NCBI RefSeq assembly: GCF_006345805.1
Contig: NC_043006.1
Location: 24,118,001-24,182,000 of the forward strand
Length of the DNA: 64,000 nt
Direction: 5' to 3'
Origin: Octopus sinensis
Taxonomy: Eukaryota
The stretch's first letter is position 1, and every line of letters starts with the position of its first letter. The position numbers and the translations under genes are program-made. Positions 41,959 to 54,589 of the stretch are shown piece after piece. The notes under the pieces are model-generated. The model was not told the origin of the DNA. It ran no database searches and saw only the letters and a program-made list of their open reading frames with translations.

Positions 41959-42681
41959 CTGGCAGTATAGCCTGGCGTTGCTCAGGTTTGTTTTTCAGTT
42001 GTGCTTAAAACTGCAAACTTTGATGTCGCGTTAACAAAGTTTCAATCTATGAATAGATGTATATTGTGGTGATGCTCAAGTTTGCTCTGAATGTGCTGCA
42101 AATGTGTAATGCCAACTTGAATTGTTGGTACTGTTTGTTGATATTCCTTCTATAAACATTACAGAGAAAAAAATTACCCATAGATCTAAAGCAAAATGAA
42201 TCTCAAGTTTCGAGCTGCACTGAAAAATGTATTAAGAAGTTAACACTGCAAAAGTATTTATTAAGAAAAATTACAGGAAAATCCCTCGTTCACTCAAAAC
42301 CAATGACATCACCGAAAAATTCTTTTCGACCCTTTAGAGTTGGAACTTTTGAAAAGTAAAACTTTTGCATTATTCAGCTTGTTATTCTCTTTAAGTGAAC
42401 ATTTTTCTGGTTGAAATACACCGAAAAATGGTGACACGGCAGTAAAAAAATCGTAAAAAATAGGAATTGTCATAGAAGAAAAGCACCTTTTTGATGTAAA
42501 TAAATTTTGGTCTTAACATGGTCCTATTTGAATTTTTTCTTCTATGGGATGAAGAGCAAGCCTTCTCCTGTTACGCTCTCAATTTTGGTCAACTTGCGTC
42601 GCTTGGTTGCGGAGGAGATAGTGTTAGTTGAAGGCTACCAAACCTGCCACACACAGACAACTTCAGCTTTATATATATAGA
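41959..42681 (-). mobile_element. Non-autonomous Helitron, both ends
   Basis: 5' TCTATATATATAAAGCTG at 42681; 3' cctgagcaacgccagg hairpin and ccag at 41959. Confidence 0.7.
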
Positions 42682-42705
42682 TGTATATATGAGTACAGAT
42701 ATATG

Positions 42706-42738
<33 letters not shown>

Positions 42739-42748
42739 ATATATGTAC

Positions 42749-42805
<57 letters not shown>

Positions 42806-42913
42806 CATATATAAACATACATATATATACATATACATGTATACATATATATATACACACACACACACACACATGAATGCATATATATCTATATATATAT
42901 ATGTGTATATGTA

Positions 42914-42949
<36 letters not shown>

Positions 42950-44554
42950 CTAGCAGAATTGCCTGGCGATGCTCGGGGCTGAATTGCTTGAAAGTACTGT
43001 TAATGATTGTACTGAATTATGATGATTATTCAGGCAAATATTGATATAAGTTTACGGCGAATGAATGTATTTGTAAGTGTATAGACAGCCGTGTAAAGGG
43101 GTTCCTACCCCCTCGTAGAATGGTGTAAGAATTGAATGTGAGGTTGCCTTGAAAAGAGCCATGTTATTGTTCTCATATTGTAAGAATTTGATCGTCGTGG
43201 AAGGCGGTGTAAAACGTTCGCAGGTGAATAGGTTCTCTTCGATTCCACGAACGGCAGCGGATGTGCTGTTACAAAACTTCATGCTGTGTTAAAAGAGAAT
43301 GGATGCCCTATGTAGGCAAGAGGGGAATGAAGCATGGGTAAGTAAATATGGGTAATTTTCAAAATATAGAACATGCATGTATATATATGTATGTATGCCT
43401 GTATATATGTACAAAATCCACTGAGAAGGCTTTTGTTGGTCTGAAGCTACAGCAGAAGACACATGCCAAGTCACCACACAGTGGGACTGAACCCAGGACC
43501 ATGTGTTTGGAACGTAGTTTGTTACCACACAGCCACACCTGCCCCTATGTATGTGTGTGTGTGTGTGTGCGTATGTGTATATGGGTAGATATATTATGCA
43601 TGTATATATGTGTATATATATATATATGTACATCTATATATATACATCTACACATAAAATACAAAATACAAAGTTATATCTTGATATCGCTAGTGATAAC
43701 AATACTCAAAATATATAACAGACTGGAATTGTTGGCCCGTCTCTTGCAATTTCGATCAATTGGATCTTGTCCTCCCTCTTGTATAGCAGTGTACAGCTGC
43801 AGCGAAATTCATTTTTGGACTTTCTTCTATCGAAGGCATTTTAACAAAAATGCTTCCGTAAAGATGGTGAAAATATTGTCAATTTCCCCAAACAGGGACA
43901 CAATTCATTTTTAAACAATACCAAAGCCCCTTCTCCAAAGGGGGGGTTACGCTTTACAATTATTAACAAATGCAACACAACAACGTTTCCCTGACGAGGA
44001 ACCAACATACGTGATTACAATAGTCAAACAGTAATAATAACAACAACAAACGTTTTTAATTTATCCCCATTTATGTGAAACCACTTGTTCAAGTCATTGA
44101 CGCAATTTTATACAAATTGCTAATACACTCACACACACATAATAAGGGTGAAAAATTGAATATTAATTTGATTAAGATGAATTGAAAACCAGTGATATAG
44201 CATATAAGACCATGGCGGATCTTCCTCTAGCAAAAAGGATGACCAGTATTAATGGCTCATCCCTGTTATATAAATACTTTCACTTTAATTGTTGCACACT
44301 TGCAAAGAGAAAGTAGGAGAAGTAATAGCAGGAGTAAACCACTTGAAATGAGAGAGGGAAATCGTAAAATATTGAGTTTTCTTGAATTTTTGTTTAATTG
44401 GGGGTCACATTGAAAAAACTTTTTATGCCATGACCCAATCGAATCTACTTGGAAAAATCATAGGTAAATTCCAATTGAAGAAATTCTATATTGTAGAATT
44501 GTATTAAAAAGAAACATGGGAACAGGCAGAGAAAATCTGCCTTTTATCATAAGA
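42950..44554 (-). mobile_element. Composite non-autonomous Helitron with an inserted SINE
   Basis: 3' CTAG, hairpin and ~105 bp near-identical to 34647-34752; 5' TCTTATGATAAAAGGCAG; internal parts shared with 57610-57720 and 58760-58900. Confidence 0.7.
43410..43545 (-). mobile_element. SINE 5' fragment
   Basis: cacagtgggactgaacccaggaccatgtg...cacacagccacacctgcccct. Confidence 0.7.
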
Positions 44555-44567
44555 TATATATATATAT

Positions 44568-45292
44568 GTCATCATCATCATCGTTTAACGTTCGCTTTCC
44601 ATGCTAGCATGGGTTGGACAATTTGACTGAGGACTGGTGAACCAGATGTCTACACCAGGTTCCAATCTTGATCTGGCAGAGTTTCTACAGCTGGATGCCC
44701 TTCCTAATGCTAACCACTCTGAGAGTGTAGTGGGTGCTTTTACGTGCCACCGGCACAAGGACCAGTCAGGCGGTACTGGCAACGGCCATGAAAAAATCGT
44801 TTTTTTACGTGTCACCTGCACACCGGCACAAGCGCCAGTAAGGCGACACTGGTAATGAACACACTTGAATGGTGCTTTTTATGTGCCACCGACACAAATG
44901 CTGGTTGGCCGCTCTGGCAACGATCACGCTCGGATGCCAGTTATAGGATTTGATTTTGATTTCACTTGCCTCAACTGGCTTTTGTGAGATGTGTCCAATG
45001 AAGGGAAGGTATGCATAAGTGGGCTGGTTGCACCCCTGGCATAGGCCACAAGCTTATGGTCACACTTGGCTTGCCGGGTCTTCTCAAGCACAGCATATTT
45101 CCAAAAGTCTTGATTACTGGTCATTGCCTCAGTGAGGCCTAATATTCGAAGGTCGTGCTTCACCACTTCATCCCAGGTCTACCTCTTCCCTCAATCGCTA
45201 GGTTGTGGAATTTTTTGCACACATCTATCCTCGTTCATTCACGCCACATGACCATACCAGTGCAGTTGTCTCTCTCGCACATTACATTTGGT
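44568..45292 (-). mobile_element. RTE LINE 3' fragment (older subfamily)
   Basis: RERQLHWYGHVA, VKHDLRILGLTEAMTSNQDFWKYAVLEKTRQAK; (CAT)n tail at ~44570. Confidence 0.85.
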
Positions 45293-45374
45293 GCATATAT
45301 TTATGTGTATGTATATATATATATGTGTGTGTATATATATGTCTATATGTATATATATATATATGTATTTTGTA

Positions 45375-47800
45375 TCCTTAAAAATCCTTAAAAATGTTTT
45401 AGCCCGAAGGCCGCGGCCATGCTCGGGCACCACCACTGAATGAGCTACACTAATATGTGAATCCACCTCTGATACATGGCACTTGGTCAACAAGGGAGTT
45501 CGATGTCGTGAGGTAGGTTCATCTGGGACCCCCGACAAGAAGAGATCCAGTTTAGTTTTAAAGAAATCCACATCCACACCGTGCAAGTCTCTCAGGCATT
45601 TTGGGAGGATGTTGAAGAGCTGCAGTCCTCTGAAACCCAAGCTGTTGCAGTATCTGGTCCTGTATTTTGATGGTGATGTTGGTATCTTTGGCACCATGCA
45701 GTGGCGCCCCGTTCTGCGGTTGGGGTAACTTTGAATGCCAAAGTTTGGGACAAGATCCTCCAGGATTTTCGAGATGTATATCACCGCATATCTCTCCCAC
45801 CTTCGCTCTAGGGAGAAGAGGTTTAATACTTTCAGTCTTTCCCAGTAGCTGATATGTTGCATTGAGACGATCTTCTTTGAACTGCTTCGAGTTCTGCTGT
45901 TAGTTTTATATTGTGTAATGACCATAGTTTGAAGCAGTAGTCCAAGCGGCTGAGGACGAAAGTTTTCCAAAGGACCATCAGTGTCTCCTTCTCTCTTGTT
46001 CTGAAAGTTCGGAGAATCCATCCAGCTAGCCGTCTGCATTTTATCACCAGATTAGTAATATGCACTTGGAAAGATGCATCGTTGCTCATGTCAATGCCCA
46101 AGTCACGCACTGATTTTGACTCAGGGATTGTAATTCTTCCCGGGCCAGTGTATCCAGTCTGCATGTTGTTTACCTTTGTGTGCCGGTAGCGCAGGGCCTG
46201 GAACTTACCTGCATTAAACTGCATGTTGTTGTCCTCAGCCCACCTGTATATTGTATCCAACTCCTGTTGCAGATGTGCAATATTTCCAGGGTTTTGTATT
46301 GTGTGGGAGACTTTTGTGTCATCTGCATAGCTAGCAAGGGTGACCATCTTAGCATCTGAGGGCATGTCTGAACTGCAGTGGCCCCAAGACAGTGCCCTGT
46401 GGAACACCACTTGATATTTGTGTTTCCTTGGAGGTGGCTCCACAACTGCCTGCCTTCTATCTTTTAGGAAGTTGTGCAGCCACTCTCCAAGTTTTCCGCC
46501 TATGCCAAGACCACGCAGTTTGTGACAAATCATACCGTGTTCGACTTCATCAAAGGCCTTTGCAAAGTCGAGATATATCACATCCACATTTGAGCCATTT
46601 AGTAGCTGTTTTAACACCCAGTCATAGTGTTGCAGGAGCTGTGTTAGGCAGCTTCTACCTGGTCGAAATCCATGCTGGGTGTCAGTCAGCAAGTCATTTT
46701 CTTCAAGGAACATGATTAGTCTCTTGCAGATGATTCGTTCCATGACTTTGCTGATGTGTGAGGTCAGAGAGATAGGCCTATAATTTTTAGCATCTGCTCT
46801 GCTTCCTCCCTTATGGATAAGGCATATTACCCCCTCTTTCAATTTGACTGGGAGCTTACCACTTGCAAGAAAGCTCTGAAAAAGAAGCTCTAGCGTTTTT
46901 GCAAGGGCTCGTTTGCACGATTTGAGAAGGATCGCTGGAAATCCATAAGGTCCAGCAGCTGAGTTTGTGTCAATCTCATCTATGGCCGTGTGATATCATC
47001 ATCTTCAATGTTGATGTACTCAATTTTTGCCTGTTTGGGCCGCAGTAAAGTGGGAAAGAATTCTTCTGGGTTGTTTCTTTACTTGCCTGTGTCCTAGAGG
47101 TGTAGTGAACACACTTGGAACTGTTTTTCAGTATTTCACTTATATCCTCGTGGGATTTCCTGTGAGAGAGCCATATTTTTGGAAGAGAGGTCCTATTCTC
47201 TGGTGCACTGTGGCTGTCTCTTTGGCAAACTTAAAGAAAGCTTTAGGGTTTGACTTGATATTTTCTATTACCCAAGCTTCTTTATCTGCTCTCTCCTTTT
47301 CATGAGACTGATGCAGACTTTTCTCAATTTCCATTAGCATTCTCTCAAGCTGAGACTTCTCACCACTTTTGGTGTGCTTGCTCAGGCGGTTCGCAATCCT
47401 TGTCCATCTTCTCATAAGAAACTTCCTTTCTCTAGGGATCCTGTTTTTGTTTTTGTGTGTGCTGGCCCTGCACACTAGGACATATTTTTCACATATGGCT
47501 TGTATTATGGACATGAAGTGTTTGTGTTTCATGTTAATGTGTGGTGTGGAGAGACATTTAGGCCAATCCTGTTTGAGGATCTCTTTCTCGATCAACTTCC
47601 AAATTGCTTTATGAAAGTTTAAGTTGGAGAGATTGTGGATGTTTTGTATAAGCTGTGTGTCTGCTTGGGCTTTTGGTCCATACATAGAATAGCTCTATTA
47701 TGTTGTGATCCGAGATCATTTTTGGCATCACTTTAACATTATGGATGATATCCATATTGTTTGTGAAGCAGAGATCCAGTATATTATCTGCCCTTGTTGG
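45375..47800 (-). mobile_element. 5'-truncated CR1-group LINE (APE end, RT, 3' tail)
   Basis: ILDLCFTN..SDH; NYRPISLTS, QHGFRPGRSC, YLDFAKAFD, YADD, SLERRWERYAVIYI; (TTTTAAGGA)-like tail. Confidence 0.92.
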
Positions 47801-47858
47801 TTATGTATGTATATATGTCTATTTTGTATGTATATATATATATAGTATATATATATAT

Positions 47859-48277
47859 CTCTTTTACTCTCTTTTACTCTTTTACTTGTTTCAGTCATTT
47901 GACTGCGGCCATGCTGGAGCACCGCCTTCAGTCGAGCAAATCGACCCCGGGACTTATTCTTTGTAAGCCCAGTACTTACTCTATCGGTCTATTTTGCTGA
48001 ACCGCTAAATGACGAGGACGTAAACACACCAGCATCGGTTGTCAAGCAATGCTAGGGGGACAAACACAGACACGCAAACATATACACACACACTTATATA
48101 TATATATATATATACGACAAGCTTCTTTCAGTTTCCGTCTACCAAATCCACTCACAAGGCATTGGTCGGCCCGGGGCTATAGCAGAAGACACTTCCCAAG
48201 ATGCCATGCAGTGGGACTGAACCCGGAACCATGTGGTTGGTTAGCAAGCTACTTAACACACAGCCACTCCTGCGCCT
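47859..48277 (-). mobile_element. Complete tRNA-derived SINE with (AAGAGTA)-like tail
   Basis: A/B boxes, central domain, internal (CA)/(TA), tail ...GACTGAAACAAGTAAAAGAGTAAAAGAG. Confidence 0.92.
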
Positions 48278-48279
48278 AT

Positions 48280-48355
48280 ATATGTATTTATAGTATATAT
48301 ATGTGTATAAATATAAATATATATGTGTGTGTGTATATGTACGAATACATGTAAG

Positions 48356-48400
<45 letters not shown>

Positions 48401-48549
48401 TTATATACATATATGTATAAATGTATGTATATATGTTGAAATGTATGTATATATATATGTATAAATGTATGTATATGTATGTATATATATATGTATATAT
48501 ATGTGTATAAATATGTATGTATATATGTATGTATATATATATATGTATG

Positions 48550-48585
<36 letters not shown>

Positions 48586-49310
48586 TGTATGTATGTATAT
48601 ATGTATGTATATATTATGTATATATATGTATGTATATATATATGTATATATATATATGTATGTATATATGGTATGTATATATATGTATGTATGTATATAT
48701 GTATGTATATTGGTATGATGTATACATATGTATGTATATAGTGTATATATAATATAGTATATATATATATGTATGTATTATATATATATATATAGTATAG
48801 ATATATATATGTATATTATATATGTATATATATATATATGTAATATGTATGTATGTATATGTATGTATTATATATGGTATGTATTATATTATGTATGTAT
48901 ATATATATGTATGTATATATATATTGTATGTATATATATCTTATATATATATATATGTGTGTGTGTATTATATATATATGTGTATGTTATAATATATGTG
49001 TATGTATATAATATATATATTGTATGTATATATATATATTGTGTATGTATATATATATATGTAGTATGTATATATATATATATGTATGTATATATATCTA
49101 TGTAGTATAGTATATTATATGTATGTATATATAATGTATGTATGTATATAGATATGTATGTATGTATATATATATGTATTATATATATATATGTATGTAT
49201 GTATATATATATGTATGTATGTATATATATATTGTATGTATATATTATATATATATGTATGTATATATATATATATATTATATATTATACTATATATATA
49301 ATATATATAT
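48280..49310. repeat. ~1-kb TA/TATG microsatellite
   Basis: Direct reading of the sequence. Confidence 0.95.
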
Positions 49311-49800
49311 CTATAAAACTGAAATGCGAAAAGTTTGTTTCTCTGGTTTTGGCATTGAGAATGAGTTAAAGGCCACTTATCCCGTCGGATTGACTCCAAA
49401 ATTTACAGGGACATGTAAAATGAGGTGAGGATGCCAGTGGGCTAGGTTTGAAATCCCTATCTTATAAGGTGTCGTTGCTAGGGCGAAAAATGCACTTTGA
49501 CAAGTCTACTCTCATTCTTTTATGTATCTGTCTTCCTCCGTCACTCACTCTCTTTCCTCCCTTCCCATCACTTTCTATATATACCGTTGTCTAACAGCGT
49601 CTAACTCCCCTTCACTTTCTCTTTATAACGTCGTGTCACGGCGTTCTATATCTCCCCTTTCTCCCCGCCTTCCACAATGCTTTCACACTCTGTCTCTCTC
49701 TCTCTCTACGTCTGTCTGCATTCATAGAGAGAATTATCGCCACCACCACCACCCAATCATGAGAACAAATATTATGAATCAGATATTTATTGGGTTAATT
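49310..49800 (+). mobile_element. Possible Helitron-like 5' portion
   Basis: Begins TCTATAAAACTGAAATG directly after a TA array, like the other Helitron 5' ends here; no 3' end found. Confidence 0.35.
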
Positions 49801-49984
49801 TGATAAAAGGGGGTGTGTGTTCTACATATAAATATGTATATATAATGTATATATACAAAGTGTATATATCTGTATTTATGTATATTAAACTTTTTAATAC
49901 TTTTTGATAGTTATATATATTTAAAGAAAATTATAAATTTAAATTAATAATTTTAAATTTAAATAATTTAAATTTTTCAATTTT

Positions 49985-50125
49985 ATCTGATCTGGCAGTG
50001 TTTCTACAGGTGGATGCCCTTCCTAACGCCAACCACTCTGTAAGTGTAGTGGGCGCTTCTTTCGTGCCGCCGGCACAGAAGCCAGTCAAGGCGGCGCTGC
50101 AATCGGCCACGTTTGGAGGGTGCTT
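49985..50125 (-). mobile_element. RTE 3' UTR fragment
   Basis: ctggcagtgtttctacaggtggatgcccttcctaacgccaaccac. Confidence 0.75.
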
Positions 50126-50214
50126 TTTACGTGCTGAAAGGAAGCAACAGAAAGTAACAACTACACTCTTACCCTCGTGTAGAGTGGGTCACCTTAAGCT
50201 AGTATATATATATG

Positions 50215-50770
50215 ATTGATTGATTGATTCTAGTTTCAGCTCATGAGCTCTGGTCATGCTGGGGCACCGCCATTTGGTGTTGCTACATGGTTTTACTTCA
50301 CGGAAGCTTTTTAGCAACTGCCATTTGGTGCATGAGAGGGTTCGATGCGGCTGCCCTCATCTGCACCTCCTGCCGTGAAGTTGGTTCATCTGGGATACCT
50401 GACAGGAAGAGATCCAGTTTCATTTTAAAGACATCTGCATCCACCCCATGCAGGTCTCTTAGGTTCTTCGGGAGGATATTGAAGAGCTGTGGGCCTCGGA
50501 AGCCTAGGCTATCACAGTATCTTGTCCTACATCTTGATGGCAAATTCGGAGTCCTAGGCACCACGCAGTGGCGCCCAGTTCTGGCATTTGTGTAACTCTC
50601 GATGCCAAAGTTTGGGACAAGTCCCTCCAGGATCTTCCAGATGTATATTATGGCATATCTTTTCCGCCTACGCTCCAAGGAATATAGTTTTAATCTCTTG
50701 AGTCTTTCCCAGTAGCTTATATTCTGCATAGAGGCTATCTTCTTCGTGTAGCTACGTTGGATCGCCTCAA
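50215..50770 (-). mobile_element. CR1-group LINE 3' fragment with (AATC)n tail
   Basis: YWERLKRLKLYSLERRRKRYAIIYIWKILEGLVPNF; tail gctgaaactagaatcaatcaatc, also seen alone at ~5180 and ~59555. Confidence 0.85.
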
Positions 50771-50889
50771 GTTATATATATATGTGTATGTATATATGTA
50801 TATATATATATATATGATATGTATATGTATATTATAATATATAATATATATATATATATATATATAAATATTATATATATATATATATA

Positions 50890-51828
50890 TATTTTATTAT
50901 AATAAAGGTTAATTGCAACAAGTTGCTCAAAACCACATACCGAAAATATTAGAAATAGCAGCTAAATTGATCACTATTTCTCCTACTAATAGGAGCAAGT
51001 TTTGAGCAACTTGTTGCAATTAACCCTTTATTATAATTAATATAATTCTTACCAAATATGGTCTTTTCCATTCCGATAAATCTACTTGGTGAAATTTATT
51101 AATTTTATTAAATTAATTATATTTCACCCTTTTTTCATCATCATCATCATCGTCGTTTAACGTCCGTTCTCCATGCTAGCATGGGTTGGATGGTTCGACC
51201 GGGGTTCTGGGAAGCCAGAAGGCTGCACCAGGCTCCAGTCTAATCTGGCAATGTTTCTACAGCTGGATGCCCTTCCTAACGCCAATTATCGCTCCCTTAC
51301 AAGAAATCTACAAAACTTCGTTTCGTTGGTAATGTTTTTGTAACTCACGTGGTAATTTTGGAGGGAGGTATGAATTCGCCTGTCTATATAAATGTAGGGA
51401 TGCTAGCAGTGCGTTAGATCGTTCGATGTCGCTGGTTGAGCCGGTGTAATGGGTGAGTTTTTTTTCCCTAGCATTTCTAGATTTATAGGAAATATTATAT
51501 TGACAAGGAAATGAGCCTTCGGCTCTAATCCAGAAACTATTTGTCTATAATTAATCCATAGGCTGGGATTTTGTTATGTTCTTTCCTTTTACCATATACG
51601 GGTTACAAATTCTGTTTGTTTGTGGAGACTTTTTTATTAGTAGGAGAAATAGTGATCCATTTGGCTGCTATTTCTAATATTTTCGTTATGTGGTTTTGAG
51701 CAACTTGTTGCAATTAACCCTTTATTATAATTAATATAATTCTTACCAAATATGGTCTTTTCCATACCAATAAATCTACTAGGTGAAATTTATTAATTTC
51801 ATTAAATTAATTATATTTCACCCTTTTT
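50890..51828. mobile_element. Element with partly inverted and partly direct terminal repeats (Penelope pseudo-LTR-like), with an RTE 3' end inside
   Basis: 50890-50990 is the reverse complement of ~51636-51730; 51000-51132 is a direct copy of 51696-51828. Confidence 0.6.
51136..51285 (-). mobile_element. 150-bp extreme 3' end of the young RTE family
   Basis: Nearly identical to 7546-7695, including the (CAT)n tail. Confidence 0.9.
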
Positions 51829-51969
51829 TGTATATATATATATATATCTATATATATATATATGTATATATATGTATATATGTATATATATGTAATGCCT
51901 ATATATGTATGCATGTGTATATATATAAATATATATGTATATATGTGTGTGTATACATACATATATATA

Positions 51970-52036
51970 TATCTGGATTTCGTATGCAGGAACTGAAACA
52001 AATCAATCGTATGTATGTCTATATATATATATATTA

Positions 52037-52068
<32 letters not shown>

Positions 52069-52370
52069 GTCTCTATATATATACACATGTATATATATAT
52101 ATATATCTATGTATATATGTGTATGTGTGTATACATACACACACACACACCACATATATATATATACATGGATTTTGTATACAGGAGCTGAAAGAAATCA
52201 ATCGTATATATATGTATGTATATATGTAAATGTGTGTGTTTGTCTTTGTGTCTGTGTTTCGCCCTCATCACTGCTTCACAACTGCTGTTCATTTATTTAC
52301 ATCCCCATAACTTACTGGTTTCACAAGAAGAAACTAATAGAATAAGTACCAGACTTATCAACATAAAAAA
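51970..52370 (+). mobile_element. Partial, duplicated SINE segments
   Basis: tggatt(t)..gaactgaaa.aaatcaatcgtat twice, then the SINE 3' body; reverse complement of segments in 56700-57225. Confidence 0.65.
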
Positions 52371-53399
52371 AAAGCACTAGTCTGTCTCATATTTTTGTTT
52401 GCCCATTCAGTTGTATCTATCAATTTATCTTTGTAAGTGTGTGTGTGTGTATATATCTATCTACCTATATATATATAACACCCTAATGGGGGCCTTAACT
52501 CCCAAATTTTAGTCATTTCTTTTAGGATGCAAAACTAGATGAAAAGTACTGAATGGATCTTTATGAAATTTGGAAATTATATTCTATGCATAAGGGCCAT
52601 AACCTCCGTGACAATTCATATATTTTTGCTGTTGATGAAATTTTAATCATAGATATTAGACACAAATGAAGTAATATTTATAAAATTTCATTTTCTTATA
52701 AGTTACAAAGACCCCTACATGGGGACTTAAAACCCACAATTTTGTCATTTTATCTAAACAAATACGATTACAGTTGTGCTCTTGGAAGCTGCTGGGTTAC
52801 CCGAGCATAAAAGATGAGCATCATTTGTAATTCAATGGTACAACAGTGTAAGAATTTGCTTTGACATACACTTACATTGTGATTTCTGCAATGTGCTGCA
52901 TAAATTGTCAAGTAAATGAGAGGCATCTTTGCGTCCACTGATTCAGTTGCAAAGTTATTTGATTGCAGACCTCCTTTCAGTCTTTTTATTATCACTGGGT
53001 CACACAAAGCCCCACATGGTAACATTGATTTCAAGGCCTTCCCAGATGAGTGACTCGTTATTCAAAGACATTTATACATTGTAAATTTATTTTGCCCAGT
53101 TATGTATCAGTATATTGGTCATTTGCAAACTCCAGAGGTGACACTTTCATATCTTTTTAGCCCTCACGTCACACAGTTAATGTTTATTTCAGTTGGGTCA
53201 CACCCTTCCAATTGTTATAGATTCGTAATACATCTTATGGCTGTGCCTGTCACCTGGATGGTGAGGAATCCTACATTGGGAGTGGTAACGACTAGGGTAG
53301 GGTAGCTGACTGCTTATTGTGATCAATCGTCTTTTGGTTTCCTGTAGCTTCGCTCTCTTTTACAAACCCAGTGAACATATATTTCCTATTTCAAAGAAA

Positions 53400-53763
53400 T
53401 TCAAACAATAGATATAAGACCCAAGTTAGAAAGATTCTCAACGATTCAACTTCTCTGGTTGACATTAAGATGCCCACCCCCAACAGGTGCCTTAACTCTC
53501 ACATTTTAGAGCTCCATAACCCCCATTTTTTAGGAGCAAAATCTTTTTAACAGGTTCAATAAGACTGGAATTTTGGAATATGGAGTATGGGATACATGTG
53601 GCACGATTACAATTTTGTTTGGGTGTGTAAAGAGAGAAATAACCCTCATCTGCAATTTTGATGAAATTCGAAACATAGGTATTCCAGTTCATTACAGAAA
53701 ATATAACAGAAAAGTCTAATTCTTCAATTGCATGTAACACGAGCAATGCTGGGTATCTCTGCT

Positions 53764-53765
<2 letters not shown>
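53400..53765 (+). mobile_element. Helitron-like 3' end
   Basis: cacgagcaatgctgggtatctctgCTAG followed by (TA)n; 5' boundary approximate. Confidence 0.6.
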
Positions 53766-53798
<33 letters not shown>

Positions 53799-53799
53799 A

Positions 53800-53910
53800 T
53801 AATCCTTAACTCCTGAAAAATGTTTCAGCCTGAAAGCTGTTGTCATGCTGGGGTACCACTGTTGAATGAGCTACTCTAGTATGTGAAACCACCTCTGATA
53901 CGTGGCACTT
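53800..53910 (-). mobile_element. Short 3' tail of the CR1-group LINE
   Basis: tgtttcagcctgaaagctgttgtcatgctggggtaccac...aatgagctac aligns with 45395-45480. Confidence 0.7.
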
Positions 53911-54589
53911 TTTATACCTTTTACTTATATTTATTATATATTTATTATATATTTTTTATACATATATTTCGTACATATTTATTGAGATCTTGGTTTATTG
54001 GCTTATTGCTTATATATTTTTTACACATAATTTTTTCTGTATTCTATGTTCCACCCTGCATTTTTCCCTGTGCGTATATAGACGTGTATATGGAATCTTT
54101 TGTGTGTATATAGATGTGTGTGTGTGTGCGTGTGCGTATATTGACGTGTGCGGGTTTGTGCGTATATAGGCGTGTGCGGGTTTGTGCGTATATAGGCGTG
54201 TGTGTGTGCGTGCATAAGGGTATGTGCGTGTATAGATGTGGTTTACTCTTTGTATACTCGCTTATGCCTTTTTTCTGTATTGTTACCCTTAGCCCTGTTT
54301 TTTCTTGTACTTGTGTGTATATAGATGTATCTATGAACCTTTATGGTGCACGTGTGTGTGTGGGTTTGTATGCATATGCATTTGGCGAAGGATGGGAGTG
54401 AGGATGTGTACATTTTCAAGTGAGGGTGGATGAATGTATAACTTTAGGCACACGCATGTGGGTGGGCGAGCGCCCATGTGTAGGTATGAACAGGTGTGCT
54501 TACACGAAAACTATGAATCCCCTTACTTTAGCGGTCATTCGAATAACTCTTAAAAATTAAATAAATGTATGTATCTAAATTATAATTAA

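Noticed and set aside
52768-53330. 88-aa minus-strand ORF with an internal gtaagt donor in unique-looking sequence
   Set aside because: No recognisable domain, no convincing acceptor and no partner exons
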